64,000 nucleotides of DNA, taken from Candidatus Woesearchaeota archaeon. GTDB lineage: Archaea > Nanobdellota > Nanobdellia > Pacearchaeales > GW2011-AR1. Position 1 is the stretch's first letter. Every line of letters starts with the position of its first letter. The notes beneath the pieces were generated by a model that was not told where the DNA came from, did not search any database, and was given only the letters and a program-made list of their open reading frames with translations. The position numbers were made by a program, and so were the translations under genes. The DNA is taken from assembly GCA_964514585.1 (NCBI GenBank), contig CAZETU010000001.1:165184-229183 (forward strand), in the 5' to 3' direction. This document shows positions 55,659-64,000 of this stretch, piece after piece.

Positions 55659-56816
55659 TTAAGGTTTTAAAGTTCCATCAACTCTTGGGAATTGATTAGC
55701 GCTCCAAATAAATGGCATTTCTAAAAGACCCTGTAAAAATCTCTCCCATCCAAGTCCAAATCCAGACGTTTCTTTATAATTATTTAATTTACGAGTTTGA
55801 AGGTATGGTTCATAATCTTCTTTTGGAAGATTAAATATCTCAGATTTTTCTTCGAGCTCTTCTCTAGACCTAACCCTATGTCCACTTCCAATAGTTTCTC
55901 TATATCCTGGCCAAATAATATCTGAATTATTAGCCACTTTTGGGATTTTACCATCTATCATAGAATGATAAAAAGGAACCTCTAAGAGAGGGAATTCTCT
56001 GATTAAAACCATATTCCCCATTATTTCTGTAATTTTAATTTCTTCCCAAGATCCAAAATGCTTAAGTGTAAATTCTTTATATTTCTCTTCGCCCGTTTCT
56101 TTGTATAAAATTTCTAGCGCCTCCTTAAATGTAATTTTCGGTATCTCTAATATGTTCTCGGCAAATTCGCCAAGTTCTCCTAGCTTCTCTTTAGATAAAA
56201 AATATGCTAAGTCCTCATTATTTTTTACCAACAAATCTTCTATTATTTTTTTAAGCAAATTAAGAGCAATAAATTCATTCTCCTTTTGATTAACTTTCCC
56301 TTCATATTCTATATGGTGGAATTCAGACAAGTGAGTTGCATCAGATATCTCTTTCCTGAATGAATTATAAATTGAATAAACATGATTCACACCACTTTGC
56401 ATCATTGCAAGCTCCAAATAAATTTGTGAAGATTCTGACAGAAAAGCTTTTTTGGGCAAGTTAAACCAATCAAGAGTTATTGGACATGTATCTGTTGTGT
56501 AATTCAAAGCCTCTTTGCCATAAACCGCTCCAGGAGAAGATATCATTCTTGTAGTCATTGGAAGTGCAGTAAAAAGGGCATTTAAGTTATCGAAATATTC
56601 ATTTGCAGAAAGATTTATCCTATGATTAATTTTAGCTATATGTCCCCACATTTCATCTTCATTAAATTGATTAACTCTTTCTTTAAACTTTTCAATGGGA
56701 GGAACTACAGATAAAACATTATCAATTTTTGAGAATACCTTATTCCCTTTATAGGAAATTGTCCCATCTTTATTTGCAGTATATGGACCTAACATAAGAA
56801 AAGAACAAATTCTCAA
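55659..56816 (-). CDS. Class IIb aaRS catalytic-core paralog (AsnA / AsnRS-AspRS-like, no anticodon-binding OB domain)
   Basis: Motif 2 SFRKEISDATHLSEFHHIEYEG and motif 3 SGFGLGWERFLQGLL. 385 aa with a ~55-aa N-terminal leader and no OB-fold. Confidence 0.65.
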   Translation of the reverse strand: MRICSFLMLGPYTANKDGTISYKGNKVFSKIDNVLSVVPPIEKFKERVNQFNEDEMWGHIAKINHRINLSANEYFDNLNALFTALPMTTRMISSPGAVYGKEALNYTTDTCPITLDWFNLPKKAFLSESSQIYLELAMMQSGVNHVYSIYNSFRKEISDATHLSEFHHIEYEGKVNQKENEFIALNLLKKIIEDLLVKNNEDLAYFLSKEKLGELGEFAENILEIPKITFKEALEILYKETGEEKYKEFTLKHFGSWEEIKITEIMGNMVLIREFPLLEVPFYHSMIDGKIPKVANNSDIIWPGYRETIGSGHRVRSREELEEKSEIFNLPKEDYEPYLQTRKLNNYKETSGFGLGWERFLQGLLEMPFIWSANQFPRVDGTLKP

Positions 56817-56871
56817 TTTAAAAACATTACTATAGAATAGTTACAGTCAATTCTATACAATTTTATCTTTT

Positions 56872-58653
56872 CTATACCCGACCACTAATAGCCGCAATCA
56901 CTCTTCCAGAAAACCCACCACTAACAATATTCACAGTATTCGGAGCAAACTCTTCCTCGCTCCCATCAACAGTCCAGACATATCCATCATCAGTATATTC
57001 TCCCTGATAATTAACATAACCACCACAGTCACCTAGAGCAGTACAAATCCTATTAGCCCCAAGAGCCCATTCCTCTTCCAAACACTCACATCCCTCAACA
57101 CACTTCCAATTATCATCAAGCAAGCCCTTTTCATAAGTCACAATACATTTAGCACTAGCCTGCCCACAAATCTGCGACGCACTTCCCTCTTCCCAAAAAG
57201 CAAGTCCAGGCGGAAAATTAGGCAAACAAACCCCGCTAGCTCTATTAGTCACAGTTTTCTCAACTACTTCTTCATCATCATCTCCACCAAAAATAGACTT
57301 CCCAGTTATCGGAGCAACAACATTCCCAGTATAAGTCGGATTGCTAAACGATCCAGTCGAAGTAGGATTAGAATAAGTCGAACTACCAACTCCACCACCA
57401 TCACTACTTCCAGCCCCAATTAAAAGCCCAGCAATCGAAGGCTCCCAAATACAATCCCTCCTATCAATATTCAAACAATCATCCTCATCCTCTTGAGCCG
57501 TACAATCCTGCCACCTATTAACTCTACATCCAGAAGTCCCAAAATCCCCAGCGCTCGTCTCAATATAACTCCACAAACAAATCTCATTCCTATAATCAGC
57601 ACAAGGCTCAACCCTCACCTCACCATCAACACAAGTTTCCCTAAAATACCTCGACCCAACCTGGTCGTTCCCCTCGCCAACATTATCATCATAAACACAC
57701 CACGCTTCCCCATTAATTCTTTTCTCACCATCAGCATCCACACACTCAGTCCTCTGACAATAATAATCACTATCCGCAGGCCCACCAAAAACCCCTTCCC
57801 ACTCAGCACACCGCGACCCTAACATATAATCACAGTTCCCACAATTCTTATTCGACCCATCATTAGGATCACAAATATCGTCAGCCTCGGCAACCTTCCC
57901 ATTATTCCAACTCCTAACCTTATCCGAAGAATAAATATTCTCCCTATTCCCACAAGAATCAATCCAATAAACCTGACCCCGATAACACGAAGTAGAAGTC
58001 TGCTTAGCACAAGACGTACTTAATTCCTCAGCCGAACAAAGAAAGTCCTCATAAAAAGTCCTCTGCTCCGACAAGGCAACTTCAGTACCATTCACCGTCT
58101 CAACTCTCTCCCCAGCCCCACAATCAGCCCGAGTCGTAAATTCACAAACCCTATCAAAATCCTTCTCATAAACACAAGCACCCATATCCTGAGCCTGTGC
58201 CGTTGCAATACAACTAACCTCATTAGTTATATCAGACCTATAATCATTCTCAACTCCAAACAGCGTCGACAGTCTCTTACATCGAACCAACGGAACAAAC
58301 GCAGCCTGATCAGCAATTATACAACATCCCAACTGACACTGCGGCACCTCTTCAACACTTCGAGAATCCCACGTCCCACCAGCGTCCGAACAAACTCTCT
58401 GCGGCGTATTCCCCATACAAATTCCTTCCTCACTATCATAACAAGTCCCAAGCTTACAATAAGAAGTAGTCTCACAAGACGTCGGCGAACTCTTAAATCC
58501 AGAATCACAAGTTTCCTCAGGAGCATTAATACACCATCCACCACTCTCAGTCTTTTCACAACAAAAACTCGGGTCAGACATCACAGTCTCAGCAGCAACA
58601 CTAAAAGTAAAACAAACCACAAACACACTCATCAACAAACTCAACTTATTCAT
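56872..58653 (-). CDS. Secreted Cys-rich surface protein, 'module A' paralog
   Basis: Signal peptide MNKLSLLMSVFVVCFTFSVAA. Motifs CGNC, VYWIDSCGNRENIYSSDK, EPCADYRNEIC and LGDCGGYVNYQGEY are shared with the N-terminal half of the 1262-aa protein. Confidence 0.55.
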   Translation of the reverse strand: MNKLSLLMSVFVVCFTFSVAAETVMSDPSFCCEKTESGGWCINAPEETCDSGFKSSPTSCETTSYCKLGTCYDSEEGICMGNTPQRVCSDAGGTWDSRSVEEVPQCQLGCCIIADQAAFVPLVRCKRLSTLFGVENDYRSDITNEVSCIATAQAQDMGACVYEKDFDRVCEFTTRADCGAGERVETVNGTEVALSEQRTFYEDFLCSAEELSTSCAKQTSTSCYRGQVYWIDSCGNRENIYSSDKVRSWNNGKVAEADDICDPNDGSNKNCGNCDYMLGSRCAEWEGVFGGPADSDYYCQRTECVDADGEKRINGEAWCVYDDNVGEGNDQVGSRYFRETCVDGEVRVEPCADYRNEICLWSYIETSAGDFGTSGCRVNRWQDCTAQEDEDDCLNIDRRDCIWEPSIAGLLIGAGSSDGGGVGSSTYSNPTSTGSFSNPTYTGNVVAPITGKSIFGGDDDEEVVEKTVTNRASGVCLPNFPPGLAFWEEGSASQICGQASAKCIVTYEKGLLDDNWKCVEGCECLEEEWALGANRICTALGDCGGYVNYQGEYTDDGYVWTVDGSEEEFAPNTVNIVSGGFSGRVIAAISGRV

Positions 58654-58970
58654 TTTAATTCCCCCTTTATTTTTACAATTACTTTCTTTAAGGATGGCAA
58701 TTCGTTAATCAGTTCCATAATTACTTCCATAGGTACATCATTATATACATGACTTATTAAATTTCTACAGGCATAAAACTTTTTCCAATTAATCTCATTA
58801 TGTTTCTTTATAATCTCACGAGGCAATTTATCAATATTTTCTCCTATAACCTGAAATCTCATAAGCATAGCATCCCAAACCGTCTTATCCTCCAATGATT
58901 TATTCAAATCTCCCTCAATCCTTCCAATCATCTCCTTAATCAAATTTAAATTTAAACTATATTTTAACAT
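58650..58970 (-). CDS. hepT: HepT-like HEPN/DUF86 toxin
   Basis: R-x4-H-x-Y motif CRNLISHVY. 106 aa, overlapping the upstream MNT gene and the downstream gene. Confidence 0.65.
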   Translation of the reverse strand: MLKYSLNLNLIKEMIGRIEGDLNKSLEDKTVWDAMLMRFQVIGENIDKLPREIIKKHNEINWKKFYACRNLISHVYNDVPMEVIMELINELPSLKKVIVKIKGELK

Positions 58971-59250
58971 AAACCACCTCTTTCTTTATATAATTTAATT
59001 CAGGTCTCAACGATTGAGAAGAAACCAAGTCAATTTTTCTCTTAAACAAATTTTCTAAATAAAATAAAACCTCAAAATAATTTTTACCCAAATTCTCTTT
59101 TTCAAGAGTAACCAAAAAATCAATATCACTTCCTCTCTTCTGTGTTCCTTTTAGATATGAACCAAATAACCCAATTTTTTTTACACCCCTCGCTTTCAAC
59201 TTTTCTTTTCTTTTCTCAATCTCACTAATTATTTTTTTCTTATTCATCAT
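58957..59250 (-). CDS. mntA: MntA-like minimal nucleotidyltransferase antitoxin
   Basis: Contains GLFGSYLKGTQKRGSDIDFLV (GS...D-x-D). Start reassigned to the ATG at 59250-59248, which overlaps the upstream TGA (ATGA). Confidence 0.7.
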   Translation of the reverse strand: MMNKKKIISEIEKRKEKLKARGVKKIGLFGSYLKGTQKRGSDIDFLVTLEKENLGKNYFEVLFYLENLFKRKIDLVSSQSLRPELNYIKKEVVYVKI

Positions 59251-60008
59251 GCATACCCCGGAGGCCAAGCCAAACTTCGACTAGCAAATTTAAATTTATT
59301 TCCATAAACCTTATTCTCCAACATGTAAACAGTAGTGCCATCTCCACGCTTAATTTTATCAATCACATAATCAGGATAAAAGCCCATCATACTCGTCACA
59401 TCACTATCCCCATACTTAACTTCAAATTGTAAAATCGAAGTCGCAATCATCAAAGTTTCATAAAGCGCAGAATTTATTCGAACATTAAACTTCGTAAATC
59501 TCTGACTACCAACGGTAGTAGGAGCATTAACCTCAACCCTAATCACACCAGGCTCAATCACAACATCATAATTAATTTCCCCACTCACAACATCATAACC
59601 CTGAGACTTCAGTTCATTAATCGAATTACTATAACAAGTATCCATACTATCCCGAATAGAAATCTCCAACTGATCATCAAAAGTCTGCTTCAAAAACGGC
59701 CTCTGCACAGTACAAGTCTTATAATATTCACTAGTATAGCAAAGATAAGTCAAGTCCTCTCCCTTATACGCATAAGTAAACTCAGGATCAATCAACCCAG
59801 CCTTCGCCTCAAGATCCTCCATCACCTGCTCAACTGCATCCTCAATACAAGATTCAAACCCAAGCTTCTTCCCTTCTTGAGAAAAATAAGTCGGCCGCGC
59901 CCACAAAAAGAAAACCAAAATAGCCGAAACAATAACAATCGCCACTAAAATAAACATAGTCACCTGACCCTTTTTGCCACTGCCCCTTTCCATGCTCATT
60001 ATAGCCAT
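59247..60008 (-). CDS. Class III signal peptide (pilin-like) protein
   Basis: N-terminus MERGSGKKGQVTMFILVAIVIVSAILVFFLW. Confidence 0.45.
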   Translation of the reverse strand: MAIMSMERGSGKKGQVTMFILVAIVIVSAILVFFLWARPTYFSQEGKKLGFESCIEDAVEQVMEDLEAKAGLIDPEFTYAYKGEDLTYLCYTSEYYKTCTVQRPFLKQTFDDQLEISIRDSMDTCYSNSINELKSQGYDVVSGEINYDVVIEPGVIRVEVNAPTTVGSQRFTKFNVRINSALYETLMIATSILQFEVKYGDSDVTSMMGFYPDYVIDKIKRGDGTTVYMLENKVYGNKFKFASRSLAWPPGYA

Positions 60009-60027
60009 CCCTTATTTATAAATTCTA

Positions 60028-63000
60028 TCATAATGCACGAGCAGTAATAGAGCATTCCCTAGGAATATTTCCAAACTCGTCCTCGCACTTAATATAATAA
60101 GTATCCCCCCGAGTCGTAGAAAATGAATGCGTCTCCCCTACACCAAGCATTTCACCACTGTCCCAATCAAACCTACAAGTGCTAGTTGAATACCGACAAT
60201 CCGCATCTTCATTCGTCACAATATACATCGTCCCACCATTCTGCCAAACCCGAGCAACCTGCGGCGTCGAAGTATCATGAATAATCCTAAACTCAGTCTC
60301 GCCCCTCACAAAATCCCCAGTCTCATCCGTACACTCAATATAAATATGATTAGTCACAGCCGGCCGATTCAACATCTGCTCATGACTATTACTCTCGCCA
60401 GTCTCAAACATCTGAATCATATTCTCATATCCCGAAAACGAATAAGAACACCAATGATACTCGGCCCCACCAGAAGTATCAACTTCAACATAAATCGTCG
60501 TCACAGTCGTATTAACCTCAAAGTCTTCACTCGGTTCAATTGAATCAATCGCAATCTTTCTCTCAGGCTTCCGAAGCTCATAAACAAAACTCTCAACATT
60601 AGCATTCCTCTCAGTCTCATCAACAACCCACGGCTGATCCATACACTTCACATAATATGTATTCGTCCCATTAGAAACCGGTAAAATATCACTACAAGTA
60701 TATCCCAAAGGATTCGACGGCCGCGCCAAAGTATCATTACAAATCATAGAGTTAGCCATGGCTCCATAATCAACATCCGTAGAACTCCACTTACAAGTCG
60801 ACAACTCATTCGTCACAATACTAACATCCTGCGAAGTTTTCTCAAACCCAATAATCAAATCATTCTTTGGCTCACTCCCACGAATCATCGGCGCAGTCAC
60901 ATCATCACCCTCGACAACACAAAGATCAACCGTATAAAATCCAGGACTCTCATGCCCCTTAACATCTCTACATTTCACATACAGCGTCATATCCCCATTC
61001 CAATCAGCACCCTGACTCTGCCCATGACTAGGATCAGGCAAAAGAAAACTAGTCGTATGATTCCGAATATAAGAATTCCCACCAAGGTCAAATTCCATAT
61101 TCTCAAACTCATTCATAGCAATATCAAACTTACACTGCGCCGGCTCATCAGTCGTAATCCCAAAAACCAACTGAGTATAAGCATCAATGCAACCCCCTCC
61201 AGAAGTAATACTAAAACCGCTTTCACTAATACTAGTATATTCCTCATCTTCAGAAATCATACTTATCGAAGGCCCCAAAACAGGCGGATTAACATCATCA
61301 GGACTCCCATCAACACACATCTCATCCTCAGTCCCCTTATTGATAATCTCACACGCAGCCCCCAAGCTCGCACAACGATATTCAGAGCACGGTTTCAACG
61401 GGTCACCATTACACTTCTCACAATCATCAGCCCCACTCGGAGCCTGCCACGGCTTACACTCAAACTGAACCTCAATCGGGTCACAATCATCCCCTCCAAA
61501 AAATAAAGAAACAATAACCAAGACAACACCTATTATAAATAAAGCAAGACCAAGCACAGGGATGCCCAAAAGAGGAGCGCTATTAGTCAAAAGAGCATAC
61601 CCAGCAATTCCACCTATAAGCCCGCCACCAATAGACATAAGTAAAGATCCGCCGGGACTAAGACCCAAAGATTTCGCAATCATAGCTCCAGCAATCATTC
61701 CAATTCCAAGTCCAATAGCAAATCCAGCGAAAGGAGCCAAGCTTCCAGCCGCCCCAAGTACACTCGTGGACTGAGAAATTGTAGCAACTGCAGAAATTCC
61801 CTCGAGCGCAAGGGCTCCACTCAAAGAACCAATAGTAGAAACAAGTGAAATAAATCCTGCAGCATACCCAATACCAACAGCCCCCATTCCAATATTATTC
61901 ATTAAAGTATCCTCCCCCAATTCCCCAACAGGAGTTTCCAAATCCCCAATCAATCCAGCAGCCTCCAAAAATTCTGTATAATCTTCGACTTCAGCAATTT
62001 GTCCAGGAACAGGCGCAGACATTTTAATCAAATCAGAAATATATTTAGTGCTTAAATCTGGAGAGTTCCTAAGTTTATAATTATCATTATATTCCCCCAA
62101 AATATTTACAGAGCCCCCACAATCCCCAATACCTCTACACATATCATTCATCTCCTCAACAAATCCCGCTCCCAAACATCCTTTATTCGCAACAATCTCG
62201 CATCCTCCCCATGTCTTAGGCTTATACACAACCGTACACGTCTGACTCGCAATCCCACAAAGTTGTTTAGCTGTCATCTCATACCTCTCGTCCCGAAGAT
62301 TAAATCCGCCAGGATATCTAGGCATACAAACATCAAAACTAAACTTATCAGCAATTTTAACTTCCTCAACTCGACAATTCAAAGTATCCGCACATTCTTC
62401 CATCACATCTTTATCCCCATTCATATCAAGACACTTCCTCCAATTATTAGCAATACAAGCCGCATTCCTAAATTCAACTTCATTCCCCTGGACATCAAAA
62501 GTATTAGTCTGCACACAAATCTGATTTCTATAATCAGCACAAGGCTCTATTTGGACAACACCTTGAGAACAAACATATTTCCAATGCCGACTCCCAACAA
62601 CATCATCTCCATCATCAATCTTCCCATCATACTCACACCATGATTCACCATTCCCATAAATCTCACCCTTAAACTCACAAGACGTTGACCGACAATAAAA
62701 ATTTCCATTATCTACATTAAAATTATCTTCCGAGGCAGATGCACAAATCCCCCCAATAAATCGATTACAATTCCCGCAACTTTCAGAATTAGCATTGCCA
62801 GTTTTGCTAAAATCCCCACAAACATCTTCAGGCTCAGCAACCCTCTCCCAATAATTATAATCATTTAACTTCGACGAATCATAAATATTAGCATAATTCC
62901 CACAAGAATCCAAAAAATAAACCTCATCCTTGCCATCAACACAAGTCGTTTGATCAGTCTTCTCACAAGACGTATTCAAAACCTTAGCTGTACATAAATA

Positions 63001-63816
63001 CCCCTCATTAAACTCACCATTATAACTAAAACAATCGCTCTCCGTAATAAACTTACAATTACCCCCGGCCAAAACACAAGCTCCCTCAGTCTGAATCGAA
63101 GACATCGCCGCACATTGCCCCTCATTAACCTCAGGCCTCCAATCAGTTACAGAATTAGGCCCAAGTGCCAACTGCGTCGTATCAACCTCACATTGTCCCC
63201 GTGTTTCAAAAATAGTTTCAGTTCCAAGAATACAACAGCCAAGTCGCGCCTCAAGCATATTACAATTAGGATCAGCTACCCAACTCGTCGGACAATCACC
63301 CTCTAAAACACTCCTATCATAAATTCCCAAACTCTCATCATAGCAACACCCCTTCTTACAAAAAGAAGTAGAAGCGCACAGACTCCCCTCGGCAAAAGGG
63401 GACGTCTCTACGCAACTCAACGGAGCAGAAGTGGCGCATTTCTCTCCATTCTTAGCTAAAAAGCAACACCCGACATTAGCGGCATTGGACGAGATTGAGA
63501 AAGATTCCACAGTAACTTCCTCAGTTAAAATATAACCGGTTTCGAGTGTCAAATTTATTTCTCTTGCCGAAGCCAACGGCAAGATTGGTTCTTTCAAACC
63601 CTCCACAATTGCATCTGAAAGTTTCCTAAAAATCGACTTCGCCGGCTTAATATCCAACGTAGCCATTCTTTCCGCTATCTGTCTATCTCTCTCTTCATAC
63701 TGCTTATCCAATTCTTCAAAAACTCCATCCGTTGCAGCAATCCCATAAGAAAATGCAAACATAGCCAAAAGCATCAAGGTCAATTCAAAACTCGCAACTA
63801 TCTTTTTACCTTCCAT
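60028..63816 (-). CDS. Giant (1262 aa) Cys-rich surface protein: module A + Gly-zipper multi-TM region + module B in one polypeptide
   Basis: The N-terminal half is paralogous to the 593-aa protein, sharing the motifs CGNC, EPCADYRNQIC and GDCGGSVNILGEY. The central region is G/A/S/I/L-rich and hydrophobic. The C-terminal half is paralogous to the 810-aa protein from FECKPWQAPSG onward. Confidence 0.6.
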   Translation of the reverse strand: MEGKKIVASFELTLMLLAMFAFSYGIAATDGVFEELDKQYEERDRQIAERMATLDIKPAKSIFRKLSDAIVEGLKEPILPLASAREINLTLETGYILTEEVTVESFSISSNAANVGCCFLAKNGEKCATSAPLSCVETSPFAEGSLCASTSFCKKGCCYDESLGIYDRSVLEGDCPTSWVADPNCNMLEARLGCCILGTETIFETRGQCEVDTTQLALGPNSVTDWRPEVNEGQCAAMSSIQTEGACVLAGGNCKFITESDCFSYNGEFNEGYLCTAKVLNTSCEKTDQTTCVDGKDEVYFLDSCGNYANIYDSSKLNDYNYWERVAEPEDVCGDFSKTGNANSESCGNCNRFIGGICASASEDNFNVDNGNFYCRSTSCEFKGEIYGNGESWCEYDGKIDDGDDVVGSRHWKYVCSQGVVQIEPCADYRNQICVQTNTFDVQGNEVEFRNAACIANNWRKCLDMNGDKDVMEECADTLNCRVEEVKIADKFSFDVCMPRYPGGFNLRDERYEMTAKQLCGIASQTCTVVYKPKTWGGCEIVANKGCLGAGFVEEMNDMCRGIGDCGGSVNILGEYNDNYKLRNSPDLSTKYISDLIKMSAPVPGQIAEVEDYTEFLEAAGLIGDLETPVGELGEDTLMNNIGMGAVGIGYAAGFISLVSTIGSLSGALALEGISAVATISQSTSVLGAAGSLAPFAGFAIGLGIGMIAGAMIAKSLGLSPGGSLLMSIGGGLIGGIAGYALLTNSAPLLGIPVLGLALFIIGVVLVIVSLFFGGDDCDPIEVQFECKPWQAPSGADDCEKCNGDPLKPCSEYRCASLGAACEIINKGTEDEMCVDGSPDDVNPPVLGPSISMISEDEEYTSISESGFSITSGGGCIDAYTQLVFGITTDEPAQCKFDIAMNEFENMEFDLGGNSYIRNHTTSFLLPDPSHGQSQGADWNGDMTLYVKCRDVKGHESPGFYTVDLCVVEGDDVTAPMIRGSEPKNDLIIGFEKTSQDVSIVTNELSTCKWSSTDVDYGAMANSMICNDTLARPSNPLGYTCSDILPVSNGTNTYYVKCMDQPWVVDETERNANVESFVYELRKPERKIAIDSIEPSEDFEVNTTVTTIYVEVDTSGGAEYHWCSYSFSGYENMIQMFETGESNSHEQMLNRPAVTNHIYIECTDETGDFVRGETEFRIIHDTSTPQVARVWQNGGTMYIVTNEDADCRYSTSTCRFDWDSGEMLGVGETHSFSTTRGDTYYIKCEDEFGNIPRECSITARAL

Positions 63817-64000
63817 TAAATCCCAGGCGCAAACGCACAGCTCCTCACAGCAAATTTAAACTCAATCCCACTCCGACGGTCAATCAATCGATACAACTTA
63901 CTATCACTATAATCAACCCTCCGAATATCAAACTCAGGATACAACAACATATACCCATTATACTCAAAGTGGCAATACTGCGACTCACTATTCACAACGT
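63816..64000 (-). CDS. 3' end of a further upstream gene (truncated by the window), translationally coupled to the 1262-aa gene
   Basis: My minus-strand translation of the open frame ends ...YCHFEYNGYMLLYPEFDIRRVDYSDSKLYRLIDRRSGIEFKFAVRSCAFAPGI*. Its TAA overlaps the ATG at 63814-63816 (TAATG). Confidence 0.35.
   Translation of the reverse strand, partial: VVNSESQYCHFEYNGYMLLYPEFDIRRVDYSDSKLYRLIDRRSGIEFKFAVRSCAFAPGI

Noticed and set aside
1-64000. CRISPR arrays, rRNA genes, integrases/transposases, reverse transcriptase (DGR)
   Set aside because: I looked for direct-repeat arrays, rRNA-like conserved stretches, tyrosine-recombinase, transposase and RT motifs. None were found. The only repeat pairs are the hairpin element (A/B) and the 14-bp promoter motif. 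DGR target-like surface proteins are present, but no RT or template repeat is visible in this window.

Overview
The window is archaeal and AT-rich. The plus strand is markedly C/A-rich wherever minus-strand genes dominate. The first ~14.5 kb is the canonical archaeal ribosomal-protein 'spc/S10-like' operon on the minus strand, running L3-L4-L23-L2-S19-L22-S3-[unknown 100 aa]-L29-SUI1-S17-L14-L24-S4e-L5-S14-S8-L6-L32e-L19e-L18-S5-L30-L15, then SecY and a DUF106/Oxa1-like insertase. Several r-proteins (S5, L22, L24, L15, L11) and Spt5 carry K/E-rich low-complexity extensions. No Rpp29 or adenylate kinase is present at the expected positions. These features and the overall minimalism fit a DPANN-type archaeon; this assignment is inference. 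The middle 15-37 kb carries housekeeping genes: AI-2E transporter, AMP/thymidine phosphorylase, cyclophilin, L12-L10-L1, Tyw1, S2P protease, L40e, aIF5A, FKBP, FtsZ-SecE-Spt5-L11, tRNA-Pro, L37ae-RpoP-prefoldin beta, SepF, and a Dph2 lacking its first domain. From ~37.6 kb onward the window becomes an accessory/cell-surface region with six parts. (1) A ~85-nt three-hairpin element occurs in two copies (37.72 kb and 45.52 kb) with compensatory base changes in all three stems. (2) An acidic C-terminally anchored surface protein is followed directly by a miniature exosortase/archaeosortase-like membrane protein. (3) An S-layer-like gene has a Shine-Dalgarno, a duplicated BRE/TATA motif and a GC-hairpin+T7 terminator. 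(4) Five proteins have class-III (type IV pilin-like) KGQ signal peptides. (5) Paralogous giant Cys-rich surface proteins show a fusion/fission architecture, 593 aa + 810 aa ≈ 1262 aa. (6) A low-GC island is translationally spliced into that operon. It encodes an Asn/Asp-type class IIb aaRS-like core, a SAM methyltransferase, a class IIa aaRS-like core with anticodon-binding domain, a convergent MccF/LdcA-type S66 peptidase, and a HEPN/MNT toxin-antitoxin pair. No rRNA, CRISPR array, reverse transcriptase or integrase was found.
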